A stretch of DNA of 32,000 bases from Sinorhizobium meliloti (GCF_017876815.1 NZ_JAGIOS010000001.1:450001-482000), one strand, 5' to 3'. Shown: positions 8,242-16,764, numbered from the stretch's first letter. The notes: generated from the sequence alone by a model not told the origin. Numbers and translations are program-made.

Positions 8242-8610
8242 CTATTTGACCACCTGCACGACGGTGCGGCTCTTCACATCCGCGATGACGCGCTTCTCGT
8301 TGACCACCGCAAAACCATAGCGCCTGTCGGCCGGAACCGTATTGAGAAAGACTGTTTCAGGCACCGGTTTGCCGACGGATATCTGTTCCTGCAGCACAAG
8401 CGGCCGTTGCGGAAATGGCTGCAGTTCGACGTATTCCGTCACGCCTGGCGGCGGCGGATCGATCGCCGCACCCTCAACGGGCCCTGCGACAGCCGCCACG
8501 GTCGTATCGGCAGCGCTGATTTCGTTTGTGCTTTGCGCTTGGGCAGGAGCCGCGGTCAAGAAAACCGCAACACCCAATGCAACGGAGCTCTTGACGAGTA
8601 CAATTGTCAT
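8242..8610 (-). CDS. DUF1236-like secreted protein
   Basis: ATG at 8610 with a GGAG SD. The signal peptide ends AAPAQAQ. The C-terminal part, VPETVFLNTVPADRRYGFAVVNEKRVIADVKSRTVVQVV, matches the DUF1236 pattern as I recall it. Confidence 0.7.
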   Translation of the reverse strand: MTIVLVKSSVALGVAVFLTAAPAQAQSTNEISAADTTVAAVAGPVEGAAIDPPPPGVTEYVELQPFPQRPLVLQEQISVGKPVPETVFLNTVPADRRYGFAVVNEKRVIADVKSRTVVQVVK

Positions 8611-8805
8611 GAGAGCTACTCCAGCTACGAATCCCTTCTCATGAAGAATCGCCTGCCGAGAGCTTTGTTCCGGCGTGCCTGCGGCATCAGACCTTGGTCC
8701 TACACGGGAAGGTTAAAGGTCCTAGGACCGTTGCACGCTGCTCCTCGTGACGCATATCGCTCTGAGACGACCACGGCGGCATCCTCGTCAGCCGTCCACG
8801 TCGTC

Positions 8806-8858
8806 TGAAGGTCCCGGAGCCAACGCGATTGTCCCTTCTAAACGCTCCGGGACCTTCA
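8806..8858. repeat. 14-bp perfect inverted repeat with 25-nt spacer
   Basis: tgaaggtcccggag (8806-8819) and ctccgggaccttca (8845-8858). It lies 26 nt downstream of the beta-propeller gene stop. It may act as that gene's terminator, but there is no U-tract on the minus strand. Confidence 0.6.
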
Positions 8859-8883
8859 TTTCCGTCCATATACGGGGGACCGT

Positions 8884-9528
8884 CTAAGCGGAGACCCGGC
8901 TTGGCCTGCGCACGGCCCTCACCTTCCCGCTGCTTCCTCCGCCACAGTAAAACCGGTCTCCGCCATCGGATTCGAGGCCGGAAACGCCTACACCCGGGGG
9001 CATCTCGAGCGTTTCGAGGACTTCTCCCGTTTCCGGGTCAAGGCGCCTCAGGTCGCTCTCGTCGCCTTCCCATGTGGCATGCCAGAGCTCGCCGTCGACC
9101 CAGGTGACGCCGGTGACGACTCGGTTGGATTCGATGGTGCGGAGAATCTTCCCGGTGTCGGGATCGACCTGGTGGATCTTCCGCCCTCGATAGTGGCCCA
9201 CCCAGAGCGTTCCTTCAGCCCAGGCGAGGCCTGAATCACCGCCCTCGGCAGGCGCCGGAATGGTGGCAAGCACGCGGCCGGTCGCCGGATCGATCTTCTG
9301 GATACGATCCTCTGCAATCTGGTACAGATGCTCACCGTCGAAGGCCGTTCCCGCATGTGCGGCGACATCGATCGAGCGCACCGTCTTGCCGCTCTCCGGA
9401 TCGAGGGCGTTCAGCCTGTCGCCGGAGGCGAACCAGACATGCCGGCCATCGAAGGTGACGCCGGCCACCTGCCCGGTATTCGGGAAAGGTCCGTATTCCT
9501 GGAGAATTTCTGCTTTCGATCGTTTCAT
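8884..9528 (-). CDS. Cytoplasmic beta-propeller repeat protein (glutamine cyclotransferase-like)
   Basis: ATG at 9528 with a GAGGA SD. Repeated blades carry DPxTGK/R motifs (LDPESGKTVRSI, IDPATGRVLATI, VDPDTGKILRTI, LDPETGEVLETL). No signal peptide. Confidence 0.7.
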   Translation of the reverse strand: MKRSKAEILQEYGPFPNTGQVAGVTFDGRHVWFASGDRLNALDPESGKTVRSIDVAAHAGTAFDGEHLYQIAEDRIQKIDPATGRVLATIPAPAEGGDSGLAWAEGTLWVGHYRGRKIHQVDPDTGKILRTIESNRVVTGVTWVDGELWHATWEGDESDLRRLDPETGEVLETLEMPPGVGVSGLESDGGDRFYCGGGSSGKVRAVRRPSRVSA

Positions 9529-9561
9529 TTTTCCGTCCTCGTCGCTGTAATGTCTCGCATC

Positions 9562-10785
9562 CTAGTCGCTCGGTAGCGGGCCCGGGAGTAACAAGACTGT
9601 CGGGAAGCCCAGGACGGGCGGGGTCATCCAGCGAAGCGCCCGTCCGCGGCCGAAGGACTGCACCTTGCCGGCCGACGCAAGCTGCTCGAGTGCCCGCTGC
9701 ACGGTGCGCGGGCTCGCCCCGAGCGCAATCGCCAGCGCCGAGCTCGACCACGATTCGCCGTCGGCAAGGAAGGCAAGCACCGCCGCATGCTGGTCTTCGA
9801 CGGGCGGCGCCAGCACGACGATCTCACCGGCGGCGCGGAGTGAGAGCGCGAAACCCTGCTTCGTCGCCCGCACCTCCGCCAGAGACCGAAGCTCTGCCCG
9901 AAGGCGTCCGATCTCCACGCGCAACCGCGCGCGGTGGGATTCGTCTGCATGTCTCGCACGGAAGGCGCGCGCTAGGAGCGTTGCTCTCGGCACGTCTTCC
10001 GGCCAGGCTTCGCCGAGCGCACGCGCAAGCGCGAAGAGCACCGGACGCGTGGCGAGCGAGACCACGCGCTTTTCGTTCCGCACCACATTGCGGCAGGCAT
10101 CCACCACGAGTGCCCCGGAAGAGAGCAGCGTTTCGACTTCCTCGATGAGGAGAGACCGCTCACCGCCGCTGCCGATCAGGCGCGCGACCGGCGCATCCAG
10201 CACGAGCGATGCGCTTTCGACCTCAGCCGTCAGTGCCGGGATGTCGGCTTCGCGCGCGGCGCGTTCGGCTCGGGCGAGCGATATCCGCGCGGCTTTCGCC
10301 TGCAGACGCCGTATGGCGATGCCGGCGATGACCAGTTCGCGGGCCGCCCGCGTCGCCGGGGGGAGCGGCATGCCGGAGTCGAGCTCCGCAAGCGCGCGTT
10401 CGGCCTCGTCCAGGCGGCCGATGAGAAGCAGGCGCCGGGCCTCGAGATTGCGCGCATGCGCGGCATTGACGTGGTCGCCATGCGCTTCGAGGGTCGATCT
10501 CGCCGCTTCGAGCGTTTTCGTGGGCCAGCCGAGATCCCGCGAGACGAGAGCGATCTCGGCCTCGGCGACGATGCAGCGCGCGCGCGCCACCGCCTGCCTC
10601 TGGCCGAAGGCATGCGCAGCACTTCTGAGAAGGGTCTTCGCCCGGCCGAAATCGCCGAGCTGCGCCATCGCGATGCCCCGAAGCGCGAGCGCATGGGCGT
10701 CGTCGCGCAAAGCCACGCGGTTCAGTACGCCGAGAAGATCGCCGGCCGCGAGCGCCCGTGCCGCAGCGGTGATCAGCGAGTCCAT
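9562..10785 (-). CDS. Putative transcriptional regulator: N-terminal TPR-like helical repeats, central OmpR/SARP-like winged helix, C-terminal HTH
   Basis: ATG at 10785. The central part reads VVSLATRPVLFALARALGEAWPEDVPRATLLARAF...RLRVEIGRLRAEL. The C-terminal part reads SSSALAIALGASPRTVQRALEQLASAGKV. The gene is 33 nt upstream of the beta-propeller gene on the same strand. Confidence 0.65.
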   Translation of the reverse strand: MDSLITAAARALAAGDLLGVLNRVALRDDAHALALRGIAMAQLGDFGRAKTLLRSAAHAFGQRQAVARARCIVAEAEIALVSRDLGWPTKTLEAARSTLEAHGDHVNAAHARNLEARRLLLIGRLDEAERALAELDSGMPLPPATRAARELVIAGIAIRRLQAKAARISLARAERAAREADIPALTAEVESASLVLDAPVARLIGSGGERSLLIEEVETLLSSGALVVDACRNVVRNEKRVVSLATRPVLFALARALGEAWPEDVPRATLLARAFRARHADESHRARLRVEIGRLRAELRSLAEVRATKQGFALSLRAAGEIVVLAPPVEDQHAAVLAFLADGESWSSSALAIALGASPRTVQRALEQLASAGKVQSFGRGRALRWMTPPVLGFPTVLLLPGPLPSD

Positions 10786-10903
10786 CGAAATCCCGTCACA
10801 CTTGTCACTCTCACCGTTCGATCTCCGGCTCTAGTCTGGGTTCCTGTCGGTCGAGCAACCCGCCCCCGGGCAATGTACGACGACAAATGGCCAAAGGAGA
10901 AGA

Positions 10904-11719
10904 ATGATGACGGCACATGCAATCGGAACACGGGAAGAATGGCTGGCTGCGCGGCTCGACCTGCTCGAGGCCGAAAAGAACCTGACGCGGCGAAGCGACG
11001 AGCTGGCGAAGTGGCGCCGGGAATTGCCTTGGGTACGGATCGACAAGGCGTACCGGTTCGAGACTGACGAAGGCGAGGCCTCGCTGCGCGACCTCTTCAA
11101 GGGGTGTTCGCAACTCCTCGTCTACCATTTCATGTTCGGGCCCGATTATACCGCCGGCTGCCCGTCCTGTTTGGCGATCGCCGATGGTTTCAACGGGATC
11201 GTCGCTCATCTCGAAAACCACGACGTCGCCTTCTCCGCGGTCTCGCGCGCGCCGCTTGCGAAGCTCACGGCCTATAAGCGACGGCTGGGATGGAGCTTCC
11301 CCTGGGCTTCTTCGGACGACGGCGCCTTCAACCGTGATTTCTGCGTCTGGTTCACCGAACAACAACAGCGCGAGGGCGGCATCGAGTATAATTTCCGCCG
11401 CGAGCCGCCAATCCCCGAGCAACCGGCGTCCGAGCCGCTCGCGGGCAGGACAGTCCGGGAATGGGACGCAAGCGGCAGCGAGGGGCCGGTCGCACAGATC
11501 GCAGCCATGACGGGGACCGACGTCGCCACCTATACACGCGACAGGCCCGGTGTCAGCGCCTTCGCGCTCGAAGACGGCATCGTCTACCACACCTACTCCA
11601 GTTATGCGCGTGGACTGGATGGGCTATGGGGCATGTATCAGTGGCTCGACCGGACCCCCAAGGGACGCAACGAGAACGGCATCTGGTGGCGCCGCCACGA
11701 CGAATATGCCCAAGGGTGA
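10904..11719 (+). CDS. DUF899 thioredoxin-like family protein
   Basis: AAAGGAG SD before the ATG at 10904. The translation reads REEWLAARLDLLEAEKNLTRRSDELAKWRRELPWVRIDKAYRFETDEG...LLVYHFMFGPDYTAGCPSC..., the characteristic DUF899 signature. Confidence 0.85.
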   Translation: MMTAHAIGTREEWLAARLDLLEAEKNLTRRSDELAKWRRELPWVRIDKAYRFETDEGEASLRDLFKGCSQLLVYHFMFGPDYTAGCPSCLAIADGFNGIVAHLENHDVAFSAVSRAPLAKLTAYKRRLGWSFPWASSDDGAFNRDFCVWFTEQQQREGGIEYNFRREPPIPEQPASEPLAGRTVREWDASGSEGPVAQIAAMTGTDVATYTRDRPGVSAFALEDGIVYHTYSSYARGLDGLWGMYQWLDRTPKGRNENGIWWRRHDEYAQG

Positions 11720-11726
11720 CCGTCCG

Positions 11727-11996
11727 ATGCGGCTCGCAACGGGTACCGCCGCGCGTGGCCTGGCCGACTGGCTGGGCCTCGCCGCCGCACCGGCTTTCGC
11801 GGTCATGGCGCTTCTGACCGCCGGCGGTGATGCGGATATCTGCTCATCGATACAAGGTGCTTCGCTGCTGAGCGGAATGAGCAGCATGTATTTGCTGATG
11901 TCAGTTTTTCACCTGGCGCCATGGCTGAAGCTGATTTCCGCAAGACGGGAAGCGCCAACCGATCCGGCGCTTCCGCGGATCACTCCGCCGACTTGA
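11727..11996 (+). CDS. Small two-TM membrane protein (hypothetical)
   Basis: ATG lies 7 nt after the DUF899 stop. Two hydrophobic helices are present (WLGLAAAPAFAVMALL, MSSMYLLMSVFHLAPWL). Its 3' end overlaps the convergent gene by 17 nt. Confidence 0.45.
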   Translation: MRLATGTAARGLADWLGLAAAPAFAVMALLTAGGDADICSSIQGASLLSGMSSMYLLMSVFHLAPWLKLISARREAPTDPALPRITPPT

Positions 11997-12345
11997 ACTG
12001 CAGCGTGAACACGTTGCCCGCGATCTCATCGGAGAGTGATTTCGAGAACTCCAGCGGCACGCAATTCTGCAGCGCCTCGGTGGCGGCGGTCACGAAAGCC
12101 TGCCGCTGCTTTTCGTCGCCGTTCACTTCGATCGCGGTCGGCCGGGGCGGCCCCATCAACGTACCGTCGCCGCGGAACCCGAACCTGAGGGTGACGAAGG
12201 AATCCTTGAAGCCTTGCGGCGGAGTCCAGCATCTGCCAAGCGCGGCTCCAAGGTCGGCCACCGTATAAAGCGGCTCGGCGTGGAGCCTCTCAGCCCCCGA
12301 AACGGCAAGGATTAGACCAGTGCAAGCCAGTCTCGCCATCTGCAT
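11980..12345 (-). CDS. Secreted/periplasmic hypothetical protein
   Basis: ATG at 12345 (alternative at 12339). There is a short signal peptide, ARLACTGLILAVSGAERLHA, followed by a globular mature region with two Cys. Confidence 0.55.
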   Translation of the reverse strand: MQMARLACTGLILAVSGAERLHAEPLYTVADLGAALGRCWTPPQGFKDSFVTLRFGFRGDGTLMGPPRPTAIEVNGDEKQRQAFVTAATEALQNCVPLEFSKSLSDEIAGNVFTLQFKSAE

Positions 12346-12383
12346 CGTCTTCAGCCCCTATCCCAGAGGATGGTGAAGCTAGA

Positions 12384-12427
12384 GCGGGATGAGGAAAAGT
12401 GTGTGCAGTTTTCCGCCCGCATCCCGC
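12384..12427. repeat. Nested palindromic element (REP/RIME-like intergenic repeat)
   Basis: The outer stem is gcgggatg (12384-12391) pairing with catcccgc (12420-12427). The inner stem is ggaaaa (12393-12398) pairing with ttttcc (12409-12414). The core gaaaagtgtgtgcagttttcc resembles a motif I recall as recurrent in rhizobial intergenic regions. Confidence 0.4.
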
Positions 12428-12546
12428 GTCTCAACCTACTAGAATCGATCACGTTCATGCCTTTAGGCCGACGGCCTGAAACCATCATGATCTAGCAGAT
12501 TCGGAAACGCCTGCAACGGGCCCGTATTCACATACGGACTTGCGCC

Positions 12547-13203
12547 TCAGCGGCGCTTCGTTTTCAGCGCCGCATGGCTCGTGAGGCTGAGAAAGACGGC
12601 CAGGAACATGATGCCGAGGATCTTGAAGCCCTCCTCGACGAAAACCAGTCCGGCGAAGTTTTCCGAAACCGCGTCCACCAGGAAGGAACAGCCGAGCGAG
12701 GCGACGGCGGCAGCAAGCAGGACCCACTGAATATTCCGGCGGATAAACCAGGCGTGATAACAGAGCGTCGCCAGCAACAGCATATGGGGAACAAGGACAA
12801 ACGGCTCCGGGACCCCGGCCGTGGCAATCGCCTCATGAAGCATCAGGAGATCGTCGATGCCCATCAACCCGGAAAAGAGCCCGCCGGCGAGAAGCGTGCG
12901 TCGCAGATGCGGCGCGTCGTAGCCGGCTCCGGACCAATAGGCCTGGAGAGCCGCGATCCCTCCCGTAAACCAGAGAATGACGCCGAGATTGGAGACCAGC
13001 CCGAAATATTTCGGCTGCCCGGCAATCGCGTTGGGGTCGCGTACGAGGTCGTAGTAGTCGATGCCAAAAAGCCGGTCGGCGATGACGATCGACGTCAACA
13101 GCACGATGCAGGAGCAGATGACGAGGAGGGCGTAGTGGAAATCACCCTGTATTCGCCTCTCCCGTGGCAGGGCTTTGGCCGTGGTGATGCCTTCGACATC
13201 CAT
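12547..13203 (-). CDS. Integral membrane protein (hypothetical, about 6 TM)
   Basis: I chose the internal ATG at 13203 because GGAGGA lies 5 nt upstream. There are multiple hydrophobic helices and no recognisable family motif. Confidence 0.6.
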   Translation of the reverse strand: MDVEGITTAKALPRERRIQGDFHYALLVICSCIVLLTSIVIADRLFGIDYYDLVRDPNAIAGQPKYFGLVSNLGVILWFTGGIAALQAYWSGAGYDAPHLRRTLLAGGLFSGLMGIDDLLMLHEAIATAGVPEPFVLVPHMLLLATLCYHAWFIRRNIQWVLLAAAVASLGCSFLVDAVSENFAGLVFVEEGFKILGIMFLAVFLSLTSHAALKTKRR

Positions 13204-13346
13204 CTCGATCCTCCGCAACAGATGCCCCAGCATGCCACCGCGGACGGTCAGCTGCCTTTGTGACAGTTTTATGACAAGGCGCGACCGGCGGTTGCGGACC
13301 TCCCGGCAAGGTGGTCCGGGACGCGCGGCACGGTCCCGCACACAAC

Positions 13347-13371
13347 GGAACCTTGCAGGTTTTCGGACGTT
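13347..13371 (+). promoter_or_regulatory. Perfect EcfG/RpoE2-type promoter GGAAC-N16-CGTT
   Basis: ggaac at 13347-13351, 16-nt spacer, cgtt at 13368-13371. It is intergenic, about 140 nt upstream of the ATG at 13510. Confidence 0.65.
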
Positions 13372-13509
13372 AATCGTTGCGTCGTGTGCTCACCGGCCCG
13401 CGACAAGGTCGCAATTTACTTGCGGTGGTACGGAACCCCTCCCCTAGGGTCATGCTGATTGGGGATCTATGCAAAGGCGAATTTGCAGGCGGGGTGACGG
13501 AGAGAAAGG

Positions 13510-13962
13510 ATGTATGCCATGAACCAGCACGAAGAATTGCGGGAGAAGCCGCCGCTCGATCCTGCCACCGGCCAACCGACGCCGCGGGACCCGGAAGTGC
13601 CCGTGACCAGATCGCGCCGTAGCAGCTGGCCTTTGCTGGTCATCATTCTTGCCGGTCTGATACTCGCGTTGATCGCCTGGCTTCCGGCAGAGCTGACCAG
13701 GGATGCCGAGAACGAGCCGGTCGCGCCGGGCCAAACCGAGACGACCCCGTCCGACGCCACCCCGCCGGCCGCTCAACCCGCGCCTACGGACCAGGCCGCG
13801 CCTACGAATGAGGCCGCACCTACGGACCAGGCGACGCCGCCCGCCGGGGGAACCACGGCGCCGGCAGCACCTGAGACCCAGACCCCGGCAGCGCCCGAGA
13901 CGCCGGCAGCACCGGCAGCACCTGCCACGCCGGCACAGCCGCAGAGCGCTCCTGCGCAGTAG
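13510..13962 (+). CDS. Single-pass membrane protein with Pro/Ala/Thr-rich repetitive C-terminal tail
   Basis: GGAGAGAAAGG precedes the ATG. The TM helix is WPLLVIILAGLILALIAWL. The tail carries APTDQA/APTNEA/APTDQA and AAPET repeats. Confidence 0.65.
   Translation: MYAMNQHEELREKPPLDPATGQPTPRDPEVPVTRSRRSSWPLLVIILAGLILALIAWLPAELTRDAENEPVAPGQTETTPSDATPPAAQPAPTDQAAPTNEAAPTDQATPPAGGTTAPAAPETQTPAAPETPAAPAAPATPAQPQSAPAQ
13780..13833. repeat. 18-bp x3 in-frame tandem repeat (APTDQA-APTNEA-APTDQA)
   Basis: The units are gcgcctacggaccaggcc, gcgcctacgaatgaggcc and gcacctacggaccaggcg. Confidence 0.85.
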
Positions 13963-13982
13963 AACGACGAACGCCCCTTGTC

Positions 13983-14022
13983 GAGCGGGATGAAGCGGCT
14001 TGCCGCGCCATCCCGCTCTTCT
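13983..14022 (+). terminator. Hairpin terminator after the PAT-rich protein gene
   Basis: Stem gagcgggatg (13983-13992) pairs with catcccgctc (14009-14018), followed by ttct. Confidence 0.5.
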
Positions 14023-14072
14023 GCAGTTAGATCCTCCCCGAGGGGTCGAGTGACGGAGCGGGTTCGTCTTTC

Positions 14073-14645
14073 ATGAACGAAATCTTTGCCGACATCCTTG
14101 CCGATACCCAAACACCTTATCCGGTGATATTCGCGCGGCTCTTCGGCGCGGTCCTGCTCGGCGCAATGATCGGCGTCGAGCGTGAGAAGCGGCAGCGGCC
14201 GGCAGGGCTCAGGACCCATATTCTCGTCAGCCTCGCCTCCGCGATCTTCGCGGTGGTCGCCATCGAAAGCGTGCACATGAAAAGCCTTTCCGGCCCCGAG
14301 GTGCGCATCGATCCCATTCGCGTCGTGGAAGCCGTAACCGCGGGAGTGGCCTTTCTCGCTGCCGGCATGATCGTCTTTTCGAAGGGGGAGGTGAAGGGGC
14401 TGACGACCGGCGCCGGCATGTGGCTTGCCGGCGCCGTCGGTCTCTCGGTCGGCTTCGGCTTCTGGCTGATCGCGGCCTTCGCCGCCGTTGCGAGCCTCGT
14501 CGTGCTCTTTGTCCTCGGCCGGCTGGAGGTGGCGCTGCAGTGGAAGGCACCGGACGAGTTCTACAACACGGGTTCTACGTCGCAGAAGAATGAAGATGCA
14601 GGAGAAGACCGGCCCCGAGACCGGGACGATATACGCGAACGTTGA
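14073..14645 (+). CDS. MgtC/SapB family membrane protein
   Basis: The translation reads FARLFGAVLLGAMIGVEREKRQRPAGLRTHILVSLASAIF...TAGVAFLAAGMI...GLTTGAGMWLAGAVG, the classic MgtC N-terminal domain. Confidence 0.85.
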   Translation: MNEIFADILADTQTPYPVIFARLFGAVLLGAMIGVEREKRQRPAGLRTHILVSLASAIFAVVAIESVHMKSLSGPEVRIDPIRVVEAVTAGVAFLAAGMIVFSKGEVKGLTTGAGMWLAGAVGLSVGFGFWLIAAFAAVASLVVLFVLGRLEVALQWKAPDEFYNTGSTSQKNEDAGEDRPRDRDDIRER

Positions 14646-14669
14646 TCGGAGCCGCCAATGGCGGTTCGA

Positions 14670-14918
14670 TCAGCGCAGTTCGGAAATTGGGGTTGTTTGA
14701 TACCCGCCCAAGGGGAGCGGACGGTTATCGAAGACCGCCCTCCCCTCCTTCAGGCCATGAATGACAGCAACGGCCTTGCGGGCTTCGTCCGGCGTCGCGA
14801 ACAGCTGGCCTTCCAGGGACCAGACGCTGAATTTCACGGCCATGAACCGCAACCGTCCGTTCTCCGGAATCAGCGCGCCGACAGCCTCGCCGGCAAACTC
14901 CACCGTCTGCTTGCTCAT
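14670..14918 (-). CDS. 82-aa hypothetical protein
   Basis: The internal ATG at 14918 has GAGGGAGGAG about 10 nt upstream. The remainder of the track ORF upstream has no SD. Confidence 0.45.
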   Translation of the reverse strand: MSKQTVEFAGEAVGALIPENGRLRFMAVKFSVWSLEGQLFATPDEARKAVAVIHGLKEGRAVFDNRPLPLGGYQTTPISELR

Positions 14919-15072
14919 CGTGTTTGAAACTCCTCCCTCGGCCGGGCAAAGCCCAAGCGGGCCGACTCTTGCGGTCAGCCGCAGGAGAAACACGCGAAGC
15001 GCAGGTTGGTTCCGGCGCCGAACGGAAAAAGCTTGAGCCATGAAGGATAAGGACCTCCGGATGGAAACCGCT

Positions 15073-16326
15073 CTATGCGAGGAAGCGCTCCGGCCGATAC
15101 GGCGTGATGTCGATCACAGGCTTCTCACCCGTCATCGCCTGTGCCAGCGCCCGGCCGGTGACCGGCCCGAGCGTCATGCCGTGATGCGCGTGGCCGAAGG
15201 CGAACCAGAGGCCTTCGTGCCGCGGAGCCTTACCGATAACAGGCATCATGTCGGGCGTGCAGGGGCGCGCGCCCATCCACGGTTCCTCGTCGCGCCGCTC
15301 GGCGAGCGGGAAGAACTCGCGAGCGACCCGCTCCGCTCGTGTCAGCTGCACCGGCGTTTTCGGCGCATCGCGCAACGCGAACTCGGCGCCGGTCGTCAGC
15401 CGGATACCGCGCAGCATCGGCGCCAGGAAATATCCCTTCTCGGCGTCGAGCACCCAGTTGTTGAGCTGAGCGCCCTCCCTGATGCCATAATGCATGTGGT
15501 AGCCGCGCTTCACGGCGAGCGGGAAATGGTAGCCGAGCTTTCGCGTCACCGTGTCGGCCCACGGCCCGAGCGCGACGACGACCTCCCGGGCCTCCAAAGG
15601 GCCGTCCGGTGTGGCGACACGCCAGCCCGCCCCTTCCAGAATATGCTCCAGCGTCGCCGCATCGCCGGAAACGAGCCGGCCGCCGAGCGACTGGAAGTAG
15701 GCGAGATATGCCTTGTTCAGGCTGTGCGGATCGCGGATCGACCACGGATCGGTCCAGCGCAGGCCGCCGGCGAGTTCGGCCTGGATGGATGGTTCGATCG
15801 TCTTCAGCTCGCTGGTCGAAAGCTTCTGGTGATTGACTCCGAAGCCGGCGGAAAGCCGCTCTGCGTCCTTATAGGCCGCGTCCCGCTCCTTTTCGGTGCG
15901 GAAAACCTTCATCCAGCCATCCTTGCGAATGAGGTCGCCGGCGCCGGATGCGTCGATCAAGTCCTGATGTTCCGCGATCGAATGTTCGATAAGCGGTGCA
16001 TAAAGATGGGCTATCTTCTGGTGCTGGGTGAAGCCCGAGTGCCACCAGTAGCGCGCGAGGAACGGCACGAGACTGGGCAGCGCACGGAAGTGATAGCTGG
16101 CGTCGATCGTGTTGTTCAGGGCGTAACGGAAAAGCGCTCCGAAATTGTGCGGGAAGCCGTAGGGGAAGACGCCCTCGCGCTGTATCAGGCCTGCATTGCC
16201 GTAGGACGTCTCCTCCCCCGCACCGCGCCGGTCCAGAAGCACCACCGACTTTCCAAGCCGAGCCAGATGGATCGCGCTGGAAATGCCGACAATGCCGGCA
16301 CCGAGAACCACTACGTCCGTCTTCAT
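15073..16326 (-). CDS. FAD-dependent oxidoreductase (D-amino-acid dehydrogenase/DAO family)
   Basis: ATG at 16326 with a GGAGAG SD. The N-terminal Rossmann motif is DVVVLGAGIVGISSAIHLARLGKSVVLLD. Length and C-terminal pattern fit DadA-like enzymes. Confidence 0.85.
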   Translation of the reverse strand: MKTDVVVLGAGIVGISSAIHLARLGKSVVLLDRRGAGEETSYGNAGLIQREGVFPYGFPHNFGALFRYALNNTIDASYHFRALPSLVPFLARYWWHSGFTQHQKIAHLYAPLIEHSIAEHQDLIDASGAGDLIRKDGWMKVFRTEKERDAAYKDAERLSAGFGVNHQKLSTSELKTIEPSIQAELAGGLRWTDPWSIRDPHSLNKAYLAYFQSLGGRLVSGDAATLEHILEGAGWRVATPDGPLEAREVVVALGPWADTVTRKLGYHFPLAVKRGYHMHYGIREGAQLNNWVLDAEKGYFLAPMLRGIRLTTGAEFALRDAPKTPVQLTRAERVAREFFPLAERRDEEPWMGARPCTPDMMPVIGKAPRHEGLWFAFGHAHHGMTLGPVTGRALAQAMTGEKPVIDITPYRPERFLA

Positions 16327-16495
16327 GTGCAGATGCTCTCCTATCCGTCAAACCGCCGTGCCGCGTCACTTCACGACGACAACTTCCAGGGATTTCGTGG
16401 GAGGTGGTGTCCTGACATGCGCGGCGGGTATTCGCATGAATAGCCAAGCGAGCCCGGCAGGGCAAGGGAACAGAGCGTCACACCGCAACTGGAAA

Positions 16496-16520
16496 GGGGT
16501 GGAGACGAGAGCTCCACCCC
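16496..16520 (-). terminator. Rho-independent terminator after the DUF1328 gene
   Basis: Stem ggggtggag pairs with ctccacccc (9 bp). On the minus strand it is followed by TTTCCAGTT. Confidence 0.6.
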
Positions 16521-16566
16521 TTATCGTTCGGCACCAATTTGCGGGCGGCAAGCCCCGCCTGGAGGC

Positions 16567-16731
16567 TCACGTTCGCCGGATGAGACCCGCTACGAGCGAG
16601 ATCACGAGGAATATGAGGAACAGGAAGAACAGGACCTGCGCAATTCCCGCCGAAGCGCCGGCAATTCCGCCGAAGCCGAGCACACCGGCGATGATCGCGA
16701 CGATCAGAAACACGAGAGCGTAATAGAGCAT
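16567..16731 (-). CDS. DUF1328 (UPF0391, YtjA-like) small membrane protein, 54 aa; below the ORF-track cutoff
   Basis: Hand translation gives [54 protein letters not shown]. The ATG at 16731 is preceded by AAGGAG, and the stop TGA is at 16567-16569. Confidence 0.75.
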   Translation of the reverse strand: MLYYALVFLIVAIIAGVLGFGGIAGASAGIAQVLFFLFLIFLVISLVAGLIRRT

Positions 16732-16764
16732 CTGCTATCTCCTTGTCTGCGCTACCGAAATCGA

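Noticed and set aside
9665-10834. 389-aa plus-strand ORF, plus other ORFs overlapping the regulator gene
   Set aside because: The product is a Ser/Ala/Arg low-complexity shadow of the minus-strand regulator, which has HTH and winged-helix signatures and a proper ATG.
15040-16443. 467-aa plus-strand ORF
   Set aside because: It is antisense to the FAD-dependent oxidoreductase, which has a clear GxGxxG Rossmann motif and an SD-ATG start.
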